From Amoebophrya sp. A120 (Eukaryota > Protista > Dinoflagellata), in the NCBI GenBank assembly GCA_905178155.1, contig CAJINV010000002.1, positions 13,026,480 through 13,090,479 on the forward strand: DNA of 64,000 bases, in the 5' to 3' direction. Shown here one piece after another: positions 1 to 12,734 of this stretch. A program made the position numbers and the translations under genes. Every line of letters begins with the position of its first letter. The first letter of the stretch is position 1. The notes under the pieces are model-generated. The model had not been told where the DNA came from and did not search any database. It saw only the letters and a list, made by a program, of their open reading frames with translations.

Positions 1-1194
1 ACTTCATAAAAACACGAAACCGTGGTGGAGGAGAAGAAGAACAGCTTGCGTCCATGCCTTTCTCGTTTCCAAAATTAGGAAGTGATCTACGACTCTTTGA
101 TTATACTGGTTTGAGTTTCTAGTTGTTAAAGGTTAGTACGACTTTTCCATCGTTAGTAGGTGTGATGTGCACACATGCATCCGGGTTTCCTTGAAATTTA
201 TACTGGGGATGTTTCATGACCACCCGGCCGTGTATTTTCAAGTTTTTGTTTTGAATGCGACTGCCACACAACTACAAAAGAAGTCGCAGAAAATGTTTCT
301 TGACCGGCCAAATTTTTTTTTCTTTTTCTGTTTCTTTCCTTCCATTGCAAGAGGCACCGCTGATAATCGCGTCTGTTGGGTACGTCATTCAGTCATTCTC
401 TATAGGATGAAGCTCTCGCTATCGGCCTTTTTTTCAACATTTTCAGACAAGTCACGTAGTCCTTCTGTGTGTGCTGGGATGCCTTTTTTTGTCGATTTGG
501 TGGCTGGTTTTGGTGAGGACGAACCGTTAGGAGCGCAAGACATTTTTCACAATGAGAGAAAATGCAGAGCCCCAGTCACGTCGCCACCCATCGTTGGCAT
601 TCGCACCATCATTGAATTTGAGAGCTCAATAACGAGAGAAAATTCTCTGACATCGCTTCAGAAATAGAATGATTAATGAGCAAATTATTTGTCTTGGTTT
701 TCGTATGAGCGAAATGGAGGTCGTTTATCGTGACAAGGATTATAAAATATATTCAGTGGCTCAGGAGGTGCATGATAAAGTACACTGCCTGTGTTTGTCT
801 GTCGGAAAAAATCAACTGTCCCTCGTTTGTCTGTCTGCTTTATTTTATCATATCTCACTTATTCGAAGTTCAAGCTGTGTGTCGTCATCTGTGCCCGCGG
901 AACTAAGCAATTGACCCGTTATAACGAGCGAATAGAAAACGCAATTGAAAAAAGTAGAGAGAAGACGCCTTCACACTACAGTCCAATTGCTGCCCGTATT
1001 GCATCGCGAGAGGACATGCTATTTTGCTATTGTCGCATGCGCGGCACGTAGTCAAGGAATCGAAAGAAATTTGACGAGGTCGAAGCCGAAGATAAGAACG
1101 CACATGCGATCAGGAGCGCTGAATGCAGCAATTACAACAAGTCTGAACAAGGAAAAACTCACGATATACTAAGAGTAACAACTACGTCAACAAA

Positions 1195-2400
1195 ATGCCA
1201 GACCTCATAGGGGCGGGAGAACGCGACGAAAGCCGACAATGCATGGCGAGGCGCGACGACGGCCAGGCTGCTTCTAGTTCATCTCGAGATAAAAGTGCTC
1301 ATGCGAGGGAGGAGTTAATGCTGATGAACCACTATGCGGACGAGGAGGAGTACGGTTACGTAAGACGACAGATCAGGCGCGAGACAGCACAGATGGCTGT
1401 GAAAACTCCTACTGTCACTGAACAAGACGGGAACAACTCGATGCCGCTTTTCATTTCGCAAAGGTAAGCGCATCATGACCATGAGATCAATATATTTGCA
1501 GTCGAAGTATCTGTGGGCTGTAGCACACATCGAAAATATAGATAAGCTGCGGACTTCTGATATTATAGGGCGACCAAGATATAAGTATAACCTTCGTGCT
1601 GTTCGTATAATTTCCGACTAGACCTTTATCACCTTCATGTAGAACACTAGGCTAGCATACTTCTTGACTTTCTGAAGCCGGTCACAGTCTCCGCTATAAC
1701 CGGTGGAGCCCCGCCTCACAAGATGCTCGAGGGCTGTCGCGCATGAGCAGACATTTACTCGTGGAAAGCCAGAAAGTTCTCTGACAGGCAATCGCTCACC
1801 TAAAGAAGCAGGCACACAGAATATAATGACCTTCTGATAGCATTGATTCCGCATCCATTGTTAGTGTGCTTTTCTGTTATTGTGAGTACACTAGTAAGTC
1901 GACCACGACTTCCGTGCAGAGCCTCACTCTAATTGACGATCGAACTGCAATTACATCAGGGACGACACCAGCGCGCGACAGGCTGACAATGGTGATCTTC
2001 GCCGACAGAGTCGCCGCTCCCACTATGACAGTGATCCCCTCGGTGTTGTTGATAGTTACATTGCCCCTTTGCATGATGGCGCGACGATTCGGATTCAGCA
2101 ATCCAGTGCGAGGACTGCTACAGCGCGAGTGCCGGACTGCGTCAAGACGAAGGAGGCGACTGCTGCCGAGAACAAGTATGACTCCTCTCTGATCGAGGGA
2201 GCGCAAATGAGTGCGAACGGCGATGGAGGCAGAAGTTGGACGGCCCAGCACCAGCAGGTTCTGGAAACACCGGGCGGAGGAGAAAGCTCTTCTGATCCAG
2301 TTTTTTCGAGAAGCCCACACGGAAATACCCCGAGACTACCTTCGTTCGGTGGGGACATAAATGCAGATGGCGCAACCTCACCAGAAGGCTACCGCCTTTA
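1195..2400 (+). CDS. Probable 5' exons (about 1195-1460 and 2069-2390) of a low-complexity N-terminal region, possibly part of the downstream membrane-protein gene
   Basis: Protein-like ORFs 1195..1467 and 2069..2500 each run into AT-richer, intron-like sequence. No recognisable domain. Confidence 0.35.
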
Positions 2401-3128
2401 TTTCAGTATATTTTTATTTGCACCTGCTTTTTTTATGTTCTCCTTCTCTCACGGCCTCCGTCGTTCTGTATCAGCTTCTCATTTGATTGCGCGCCGTTAA
2501 TATTCAAAACCAAACGCGGCCCAGCAGAAATTGAATGGCACAGCCCCCGCATGGAGTGCGGTCCCATTTGTACCCCGTGCATTTGGTCAGCCGGAGTTTG
2601 CCCGCCTTTTCCCATGTTCCATCTGTTACTTACCCCGAAAGGATGCGCCGACATTCATCTGTCGAGAATCAAGGAGCCGGGAAAGCGAACAGCAACGCGG
2701 CCCACCTTTCGGCTTCGCCTATGAATCTCTTTCGTTTTATGTATTTTTATCTACGTCGTTGGCTTTGCATCTCCAACTGCAAATGCAAACTGCTCCATTG
2801 ATCATCAGGCACCCGTTGCGAAGTTTTCTCCAGCACCTTCAGAGCAAGCTGCTCCTTGCCAGCAACTCATACGAACAATTGCGGCTCGACTGGCGCTGAT
2901 ACCATGATCCATCGTGAGAGTTTGCCTACCGTGCCGGATGCCACAGCTGCCACCACAGTACTTTTTTCGTTGATGCATTCGTAGGAAGACACATATTTAT
3001 TACATGGCTTTCCCAACATTTACTCAAAGTCAAAACTTTGAGTAGGAGCTTCGCCCCGAAATTGATTCGTGATTATATGCAAGCTGTTTGTTTTCTCTTG
3101 TGCGGAAGCTTCAACAAGATTAATACCG

Positions 3129-4936
3129 ATGCCACGACTCCAGAGTTTGGATCGAGATGCAAGCCAGAGGCTTCTCACTAACCTGCAAAATCTACTTGCG
3201 CCAACAAGGTCCACAGCGGTCGCAGAGAACCAAGCGGGAAGCTTTACACAATGGGCGAAAATCATTTTTACAACCTGGACTCCGTCTGCCTGGCGCCGCT
3301 GTCCGATTTAGCTTCCGCCGTGTCTGGTAGCAGCACTATCGCGTTTTACTCGTACAGGACCTTTACGCTCACAACATACCTGCACCACGTAAGCATAGTG
3401 TTGACCTTTTTAACACTGCTGGTGGACTTGTTCGCCGTGGGAAGCCTTTGCACTGCCGGAGTTGAACGCGCTGATTGTCCGTCAGAAAACATCATTGCAC
3501 TCGGACTTGTCTTGCCTGGGATCCTCTTTGATTTGGCGAACATCTTCTGGATGCGCGCGTACCTGCACGGAATTCACGAAAGCGCTGAACGCGGGCGCTC
3601 GGTATCTAGCGTACGCTGCCTGTTTTTTGAATGATTAGATGAAGCATGATCCTCGTCCTGAATTATGCTGCTCTTTAATATTGCAGGCAGTTGGTACCAG
3701 AGCCAGAACGTCACAAGTAACCCGATGAGTATGCGTGAGCGCTTTATTCTCTCTGTGCGAGTATGATTTTTTGCATTTGATCTAAACATGAATTGTGTAA
3801 ATGCCAACACATATTAATCACTTCAATCAGCTTCCGCCAAGAATCTTTTTTGCGCGTATGGTCGAATTCTGGATGGGGGTCTTTCAAGCCGCATTCGCAG
3901 TTGTTTCCGCAGCTACCTTCTACCAGTTTAGCGGTTCATCATGCACGCAGGTAATTACTTAGAAGAGGACTAGTCCCAACAGTTGAGGTCTATTATGATC
4001 ACCTCTTTTAATATTTTGTCGGTATTCATCAAAGAAAAACAGGAGCATGATCGAGGACCTACGATGAATAGCTTCGACAAGACTGTCTCTAAAAAAAACA
4101 GAGCCGCATCGCTATTTCGAGCATTCTATTGGCTTCGACGTACGCTCTCGCGGTCGTGTTTGATCTGTGCGCCCTCGCCTGCAGATACACCTTTCGCTTT
4201 GTATCGAACGGAACCTCTTCGGACCCAGAACGCGAATGGTTTCAGTACCTTGATTACGTTCTGATGAGATGCGCCACTCCCGTGCTTGCATGCCTGGTAC
4301 TCGCGATCGCGGGAGGTGCGGCCGCAACGTGCGAAAGCTCCACCGCTGCGTACCATATGGCTGGTCTCTTGGGAGCTGCCCTGGCTGCGGATGTGTGTGT
4401 GGTATTCTTACATTTTTTCCTTACGACTACTCACTGTGCTCACTCTGTGTGGTATTAGTCTTTTTCTTTTCCATTGCTGCATGATGCTAAAGGAAGTAGT
4501 AGAGATTCTATTTATATGTCATCTACAGGTTTGCTCCGCGAATGAGTTTGATGATTGGGCTACCCGACTCTTTCGGCAAGGTATTTTAATTTTTTACTAT
4601 CCTACATTGTTTTTGTTTCAGATCCAGATGCAGATGGTTCGTAGTAGTCGTATTTTTTTCGGGACTTGTTCTTGCCTAGGAGCATGTACTCAGCGCTCTG
4701 TAACCCGCGCAGGTAAACCCAGCATTCCTGTCGCAGCGTGCGCTAGCGTGTTCTGCATCACGATCTGGACCGCTGCCATTGGCATGAACCTCTTCACCTG
4801 CATGAACGCACTGTTTGTGGCAGAGCTGATAATTGTAGGGTTGATGACGATTGGAGCTGTGATTGCGGTTTTCAAAGCGGCCACTTTCACCGGACCCACA
4901 GCTGATGGTGAGACTTCGCCCCTACTTACGATATAG
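3129..4936 (+). CDS. Multi-exon, multi-pass membrane protein of unknown function
   Basis: ORFs 3251..3634, 4129..4458 and the 3' part of 4286..4936 consist of successive hydrophobic helices. The in-frame direct repeat TACTCA (4428-4433 / 4687-4692) joins ...FFLTTT-QRSVTRAGKP... The protein ends in ETSPLLTI, which resembles a dileucine motif. Confidence 0.6.
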
Positions 4937-7923
4937 ATATCTCGTATGAGATGTGAGATTTGTTTAAACCTGATAATTGGTATTGATGATTTCTTCTTTT
5001 ATTTACTGGAGTTCTGGTTCTCTCACACTCGGTTACGGTTTCAACTCAGACTCAGAGCTAAAAATGAATCTAAGGAGCACTTTCACGAATTTTGGTCCAA
5101 TGAATGAACCAGTTTTGCGTCAATGAGTGATCAGTGTTATGAAGCTTCTGTCGCGTTCATTGATATACCTATAGAGCTTGCCATTACATCTTTATTTGAG
5201 CAAGAGCTTGAGCTTCAACTTTTTGTATAATTTGTTTCCAAGAAGAGGATCGAGGACAAAGAAATGACCAACGCTAGTACTCGCGGGTTCACTGATGCCT
5301 GTTGTGAGTCGAAAACAGATACGTTTGCACGAAAACTGCGGAGTGCCGCAGTGCACAATCCTTCTAAGATGTTGTTTCAGGAGGAGTACTTCGAGCTCAA
5401 TGTTGTGAATACCTGCGGCAATCCAAATTCATGTCGCTGAAGCATTAGCATCCGTCACTTGTGACGACTGCAGCTCCACCAGCTTCGGTAGAATTGTTGT
5501 TCTACGACAGGCTACCGTGCTGGATTGGTCTTATCCCACACGCTGAGGAACAGAAACTCTCCTACCGATGCCACCCAAGTTTAGTATCTTGGGAGTTCAG
5601 AGTTATAATTTTAATTGTGAGTTAAAGGTATATTAATTTTGCTGGAAGGGGGTCCCTTGGTGTCCCATCTTGGGCACGACAGGCAAAAACGACACGAGAC
5701 AACCCGAAGCGACGGAAAAGGTTCCTTGTCCCGCACGACTAACTATGGGACAAGAAGAATGCACAAGCCGGGGGACCGGGTGAGACGGGAGGAGGGGACA
5801 CTGCCACTAGAACAGACAAGAGAAAATAAAGAAGGAAGTCCCCGCTTCCATGTCTGTGCGCGCTACTGAAGTCGCCTTTTTTCTGTTTTCCGTCATCAAG
5901 CCCGGTAGTTCCTTCGATGATTTGATTGTACAGTTCTCGCTCGAGATCCACAAAGAATGTTCGTCTCTTTGTGTCACTTGCTCTTACTAGCCAGATACAC
6001 TGTTGTCCGAAATTGTTGAAGGCACCACCAAAAATAGTAGCAGTTCGCTCGAGGTGGATTGTCAGAAAGGAGTAGCCCAATAGATGAAAACTGAATGTAA
6101 ATTAGATGTTTCCTGTTCCCTCTCACTTGAGATGGATCGATTGCAGGAGATCGCGGCTTTCCAAGAGTGCTCATATGCCAGTGAAATTGACTCAAAGCCT
6201 GAATGATGTGAAAAGGCACCGGCCGCGTTCGTTTTGTTTTTAACCTTTCGGAAGCAAGGCACGTCACCCGCCGTCCCGATTCTTCGCGTGACATCGGCAG
6301 GTAGATAATCTGCGTCCCAGACCGTCGCTCAACCATGTCCACACTGAGCGAAAATAAGTCACTGGTACTACAACGCCATATTTTTTTCTGCATTTATTAT
6401 GCCTCACGCGGCTGTTGCCATACGAATTTCAAAAGTAGGTAGCTCTGTAAAAGTTTCTGTATTTATTTTTTTTTTGTGTTGTAAAAAATCATCAATTATA
6501 CCGTGGCGCTTGGCTCCTAATCCGCATGGTATACTCGATTCCACAAGTTGAAAAAATTTGCGGCTGGTACAAGCGCACGCAAAATCGTATTTTTTGACAA
6601 AAAATAATATATTTTGCGCAGTTTGCCGCCGTGATTATCATTGATGCCGGCGTTAAGATGAATCAATATAACATAAACATTTTTTCGTTAATGAAAACAC
6701 TTTAAAACTTTGTGAAATTGTCTTGCGGTCATCGGTTGTTCAAGGGACGGTTTCTGTTTTATCTTCGTCAGCAGCTGATCGTGGAACAAAGAAAAGTGTC
6801 GCAGCCTGGTGGTTTTCAGAGACGGATCGCTGATTGATTTCGTGATCCTGTTTCAAATAGCGAAGAATTCACGCTGCTGCTGCTCGATGCAGAAAAAAGT
6901 GATCGCAGATAGCCAAGATCCAAGTTCATCCGTTGTTTGACATTTATGCGGGCACGAACATGATTGAGCGCGAACAGACCAAGTCGTTAGGTGATTTTCT
7001 TGCCCCAGAGCAGTAGAAAATGTCATATGGACGAAGGCTACCGCATAATAGTGCACCACAACCTCAGTATTTTTTCACGACAAGTTGCCGTATTCAACCA
7101 ATGAGTTCGTTCTCTTGATTTGTTTTGAAATTTTCCACCTCCAGCGGTGAAGCTTTCTATATCATATGTCGCAGTTCGAGCCTCCGAACAATTGCAGCGG
7201 GGTGTTGCGACCTGACGCTGGTGGACCAAATGGTGGGTTTCAAACCCTGTGTGAGCTCTGTGACGAGCTTGGTGGCAGCGACCAGTGGAAATTGTCTTCC
7301 TCCTCTTCAGGGTAATTGAGGTCGTTTTTGCTCTCTGAACACCACATAAGATGAGCATGCAAGTATTTATTGGTTACTTGCTTAAACCCAGCAGGCACTG
7401 CTTGCTGAAGGTCTCTTCCGGAATTAGGAGTGAGACCTACCCAACTTCTTGGCGCAAAATATTTGATCAGATAGAAGTTTGCTCTGTGAAACGAACTCGC
7501 TCGGTTTTGTTCTTGTTGCACTGATCAATTTTCTCTCTCACAGGAATCAACAATCTCGTGCAGCGGACGTGGCCTACCCGTCAATCTGGTTGTTTCAACT
7601 GCCCACCAAGCCCTCGGCGGCTACCAGTCCGATCGAATTTCGGATGGTTTTAAGCAACGCGGCGGAGAGGGGATCCTTCGCTCGCCGCGTTTTTCACATG
7701 CTCTTATCCTGTGGCAAAAAGAGAAAGCAACAGCCACAGCCTGTTTGTACATGCAAAAGTAATAGTATCCACATGAAGGCCCTCGAGAAAAACAAGGTCG
7801 ACCAGCACGACACAAGTGCTATATAGTGTGTAGAGGATCTCCTGCCGTTTTAGTATCAGGCATGTTGACCTTTGCATATTGCGTGCTATTCTTGTGACAC
7901 GCTTGCTTTTTCCTATGTGATAA

Positions 7924-10074
7924 TGGTACTGCGTTGCCGAAGGCGACCCGGCGCTCGACGAGACTATTCGTGAGGTCATCGGACGGCACTTTATGACCTT
8001 CCTCGCCTGCACTGGTCTTGACATCGATAAATTTTCGCAGCTTGTAACTGCCGACACCTTGGCGCAAGTGCTTCGCAACGCGGACAGCAGAAAAAACCAT
8101 GCAGCTTCGAGAAGTCAGGGAATTATAGAACAGAGCCCGCCAGAACAGCCGGTCTCCGTGGGCGGCAGCGCGATCCCGCCGGCGCAGGAAGACAGGTTTT
8201 CTTCGGCCGAAGCAGATGATAAAACTTGGAGCAGCTACTACAGCAAGCCGAGGAGCTACGAAGTATCTGAAGCTCCCCGCACTTGTCCCGCAAATTCGAC
8301 TGCGGAGCAAAATCGCATCGATTTGCAAGAAGCGCGCGCTTCGGGTGAAGCTCCAGTGGCATTGGGTGCGTCCTCCAAGAAGACTGACGATCATTCTGAT
8401 AACTGCGAGGTCGATGAACAATCGTGGTCGCATTTGTGGCAGCCAAGTGCAGCGCCGACGAAAAACGCCAAGAAATGGAAGGAATCGATTCCCGAATGGG
8501 TAGTGGCAGAGTGGGCCGGGTTTTTCCGGAACAAGAGCAACCGCGAACTGCGCGCAGCGTTGGCAACTTCAAACTTCGCCTGGCATCAGTGCTACCAGAT
8601 CACCGAGCAGTGGGACAAGGAGCACCCTCGGGTCCGCACGGAACCAAAGAAACCGGGCCTGGACCCACGGCTTACGCGGGGCCTGCAGTGTTGGGGAGCG
8701 TCGACGGGGGCTGTTGGTGGCCGAGCAGGAGCCCGAAACTCTACGGGACAGAACGCCTCGCCTTCTGCTACAGCAGTGGCAAGTGAGGAGCCGGCTCAGC
8801 AGGATGCGAACCGCCAGGGTCGTGCGTCGGAGATTTGTCCCCCCTCTTGCAGGTATCAGGGAGCTGCCACGACGTCTAGCCTCCAATCACCAAACGAGCC
8901 AGCCACAAGTAACGACCGCAAGGCAAATCCCGAGATGAATAAGGGAGAACACCACCCGCAAGGGGGTCAAGCTTTCGCCGCAAAAAAAACAGCCCACGAG
9001 AGCAGCAGGTAGTCCCTGTGTCGAAGCACGTCCTTCTGCTGCTGATCTGCCTTGCAGTCCAAACACGATGCCAGGGTGCATCTGCGAAGACAATGATCGT
9101 GGAAAATCATTTGTTTCTCAAAAATGAAAAACAGCTCCGACGAAGAGAGTTCAGCCTCAGCTTCCGTTTGCTCATCTGGACTGCCCCCGAGGCCGTTTGG
9201 CGGCTCGCTGGGATCAGCAGGCTCCGAGTCCAGCAGCTCCTCCTCCTCTTCTTCCTCGGCCGACTCGAGTAGCTCCGACGACGATAATTCGTCAACGCAG
9301 TACTTACGTTTTCTAGTCGGGCAGCGTCTTGCTCCACCTCACGCCGAAGAATGTGCGAATAGGTATGAGTAAAAACAACTAAAAATAGCATACATAAGTT
9401 GCCCGCCTGGAGATTTGCCATACTGTAACTGACACGCAGGTCTCCAGAACGCACTTCCCGGTCTCCGTCGAAGGCCCGCAAACTCTCTGATAGAAGAGCG
9501 AAAAGAAACGACCTCGGAAGGAGGAAAAAGACGGAGGGCCGTGCAGTCTCCGGCAACCACGAGCAGCAGTATAATATGCGGAGAATTGTACAGAACCGCG
9601 GTCGGAGGAAAAAAAGCGACGACAGCAGCGAAAGTGGAAGGATGATGAACACGTAATATTTTATTGTGCTTCTGTGGGAAATCGAGGCGAGGTAGTACTT
9701 TCTCTACTATCGCGACCACATTGATGAAGACTTTTGTTATGCATTCGTCACGACTAGAATGCAAAATGTAAATGTGGAAGAGACACTGGTGCGGGTTCGT
9801 GATCAGTCTAAAACCAACGCAGATTTCATGGATACTATCCTTCTACGCTCTAAGTAAAAAAAAAACATATACTGATACAGGTCGATGCACCAATACAAAT
9901 TCGAAACGCATGCTGACGATGACCACGATTGGCGCAAAGACAGAGATGCTGACAGGCACGGGATGCGAAGCCGCAGGGCAGATGAGGGAAGAACACACAT
10001 GGCAGAAGTGCCGCCGTCGTCCTGGAAGCGGAGGGACTAATGGGAAAGGAAACCTTCGATCGAAAGATGCATGA
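7924..10074 (+). CDS. Multi-exon Ser/Arg/Asp-rich low-complexity protein of unknown function
   Basis: Long ORF 7993..9012 (open from about 7924), Ser-rich exon 9124..9299, canonical GT-AG intron 9300-9439 with TAACTGAC just upstream of the acceptor, then Arg-rich exons. Gene ends are approximate. Confidence 0.5.
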
Positions 10075-10762
10075 AAAGGTTCCGAAAATCCTCCGACGCG
10101 CTGCACGCGGTTGTCGGGGACTCAGTCGCTTCGAGTTTTCCTTCCTTGGATCGGATTGCGAAGCAATTGTCTAGATAGAAGTAGAGAAAACCTTATGTAG
10201 CATCTCCCATTCTCCTACACGTACAATCAAAATTGTCTCGTGGTGGAAAGAACAAGTGTCTAATTGCATCTTGCAGCAGCTACCCTTTTTGTCGTGCCTC
10301 GCAATACACCGAGCAATGTCGTAGTTGCGGTAGCACAGGACGAACTCATTCCAAATTCTATTCGAAGTACGTCGCTAGGCCTTTGCCAGCCAACCGCAAG
10401 AAAGTCCTCGTCAGACACAAGTACTTAGGATCTTTGAGGAGCCCGCAGCTCCTAATGGTGTTCGTTCCAGCAAACAATACAAAGATAGACAAAGTGATGA
10501 AGATCGATAATTTATCACATTTTGTTGATATTAAAACCTGTTCGCGGGGACTGCAAGATCAGAGCTGAGTTCTCTTGCGGCATGTGGAGACGCAGACAGT
10601 TTTGTCGCAATCCCCAAGTAAAGTCATTTCTTTTCCGAGGGTGCAGGAGGCGACTCTTCGCGCTACGGAATTTCGTTCGGCAGGGAAAGCACGCGAAGCT
10701 ACTTCCCGCTTTTGGAACGCTCTGCACGGCGGTCAGCGGAGACATACACATACTGCAAGAAA

Positions 10763-12482
10763 ATGCACGCGACTCTGCGCATTTCGAAAGGCCTCGTGGT
10801 TGTTTCTCTCGTTCTGGCCACGCTAACGAGCGGAAACCGTGGCGGCGTGCAGCTGGAGCTTTCTCGTGCTGGAAACGACGACTTTTACAACCCGGCGTTC
10901 GCATCGAAAGGTGCGAGAAAGCACGCTTCACGGGAGCAGCACTTGCTCAACCAGAAGGTTCTTCGCAAACTCGGACCCGACTACGCACAGAAGCGCACTC
11001 TGCAGAAATTGGGCATCGTGCGGCGTGGACGACTTGGCATGGACTTGTTCTCCGGGTGGAGAGCTAGTTGCAGGAGCGCTACTAGTAGACCCGCAGCGTC
11101 GGCCTTGGCAGAGGTGGACGTAGCGTTGTTATCATCTTCCTGTCTTGACGAACCGGAACCGGACGAAACAAGAATTTTCGACGTCGGAAGCAACCTGCAG
11201 GACCAAGAAGTGGAGCAAAACTCAGCCTCCAGCCGCCTTCCAGCCGAGTCAAAGTCGCGGCCCGATCTTGTAGCCAGCAGCTACAGTAGCGCAAATTCCA
11301 CTTCGCTCTTCCTGCAGGCACAAGCCCTGTTCCGGCACGTGCAGGATCTTTTCTTTCGGAGTCGCATCAACCGTTTCACCTTCGCAGTTGACCAGCTCGC
11401 CTGGTTTCCGGGCTTTGCGCACGACAGCGGTTTCTGGGCCAGTGTATCCCCAACGGAGCAGTCCATGATTCGCCAGTTTCGCCGGGAGGGCTTCCTACAA
11501 ATCGAGCACTGGGACTCCCTGCCGTGGCCGGACGGAGTAGACGCAATTTCTTTGTTGGCAGAGCCACCCCCAGGACGCGCGGACTCTTCCGGGCGATCGG
11601 GTGACCTGAGCAGTGCCACGGCTGAAACTGCGGCCCCTTACCGGTGTATAAAGGAATCGCTTTGCTGTCAGAAAATTTTATCAAGTAGCAGGATTCAAAC
11701 GTGGTCTTATGTGGATTACTCCACCGCCTTGTCAGCGCCAGATATTTATTTCCGGCTCGTTGTTAGCATGGCAATGTCAGCAATGATAGTGGACGAGTCG
11801 AGCAAAGTTTCTCAATTTCCTATTCTAAGAACGTCAAGCCGAAAAGAAAACTCGAAAACAATGCAGGGACGATCGGGTAGACAGGTCTTCGCACGGGCAG
11901 GACACTGCAGGTGTGCGAAGGAAAACACCAAGTTCGTCCGCCGCTTCTTCTAGCTCGAACGCCACGGCCCGGCACATTTCCGGCATCCTGCCGCGCCGCT
12001 ACCTGGTAAACCAGTTGTTGGCGCAGCCCACGTCCCTGCTGCGCAAGCTGGTGCACGGGTATCTCGGCGATGTGGATGTTTCCTACCACGGAATCCAGTA
12101 CCACGAGCTGAAAGAGGATTGGGAGCCCTCCGACTACAACAACGGGGTCTGGCACCACGACGGGTGCGGCCGCCGGCTGAAGGCCTTCATCTACCTGGAG
12201 GATGTCCCGCTCACCAGTCGGCCGACGAAGCTGTTGCGGGGATCACACCGGCTGGACTGGTTTCCCGCGACTCACACTTTCGGCAACGCGGGTTATCTGA
12301 AAAACCTTGCGGACGGCGAAGTGGAAGCTGCTTTGGGAAAGGAAGACACTGTGCTGATGACGGGAAAAAAGTACGGAGGATTCATTTTCGACACCAACAT
12401 GCTGCACGGTGCGCACATGCACGTGTTTCCGCGAAAAATCCGCAATACCCGGCGAGTCTTCATCCTGGACTTTGCATTATGA
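10763..12482 (+). CDS. PhyH-like (phytanoyl-CoA dioxygenase family) 2OG-Fe(II) oxygenase with N-terminal signal/anchor, two exons
   Basis: Motifs WHHDG..LKAFIYLEDV, PTKLLRGSH and FIFDTNMLHGA give the HxD...H triad. Hydrophobic leader MHATLRISKGLVVVSLVLATL. Exons join at the in-frame repeat GCCACGGC (11615-11622 / 11961-11968). Confidence 0.8.
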
Positions 12483-12734
12483 AACTGCTGTAGAGAGGAC
12501 GGGTTCCGTGGACGAGCGATGGTTTGCGCGTGATTTTTGTCAGAAACAGGCTGTGCTCATGCGGTTTCCAACATATTCAGTTTGTGTCATTGTTTTTGGA
12601 TTTTTTTTTTCATGCAGCATAGATCTCAATCGATCGGAACTGTTGTGCGCGCGATGTGATATGGAATCAAGGATATTTTCACAAAAAGTCAGTGTAGTTC
12701 ACGGAGCTCGGACTTTTGCCGTCGAACGCAAGCG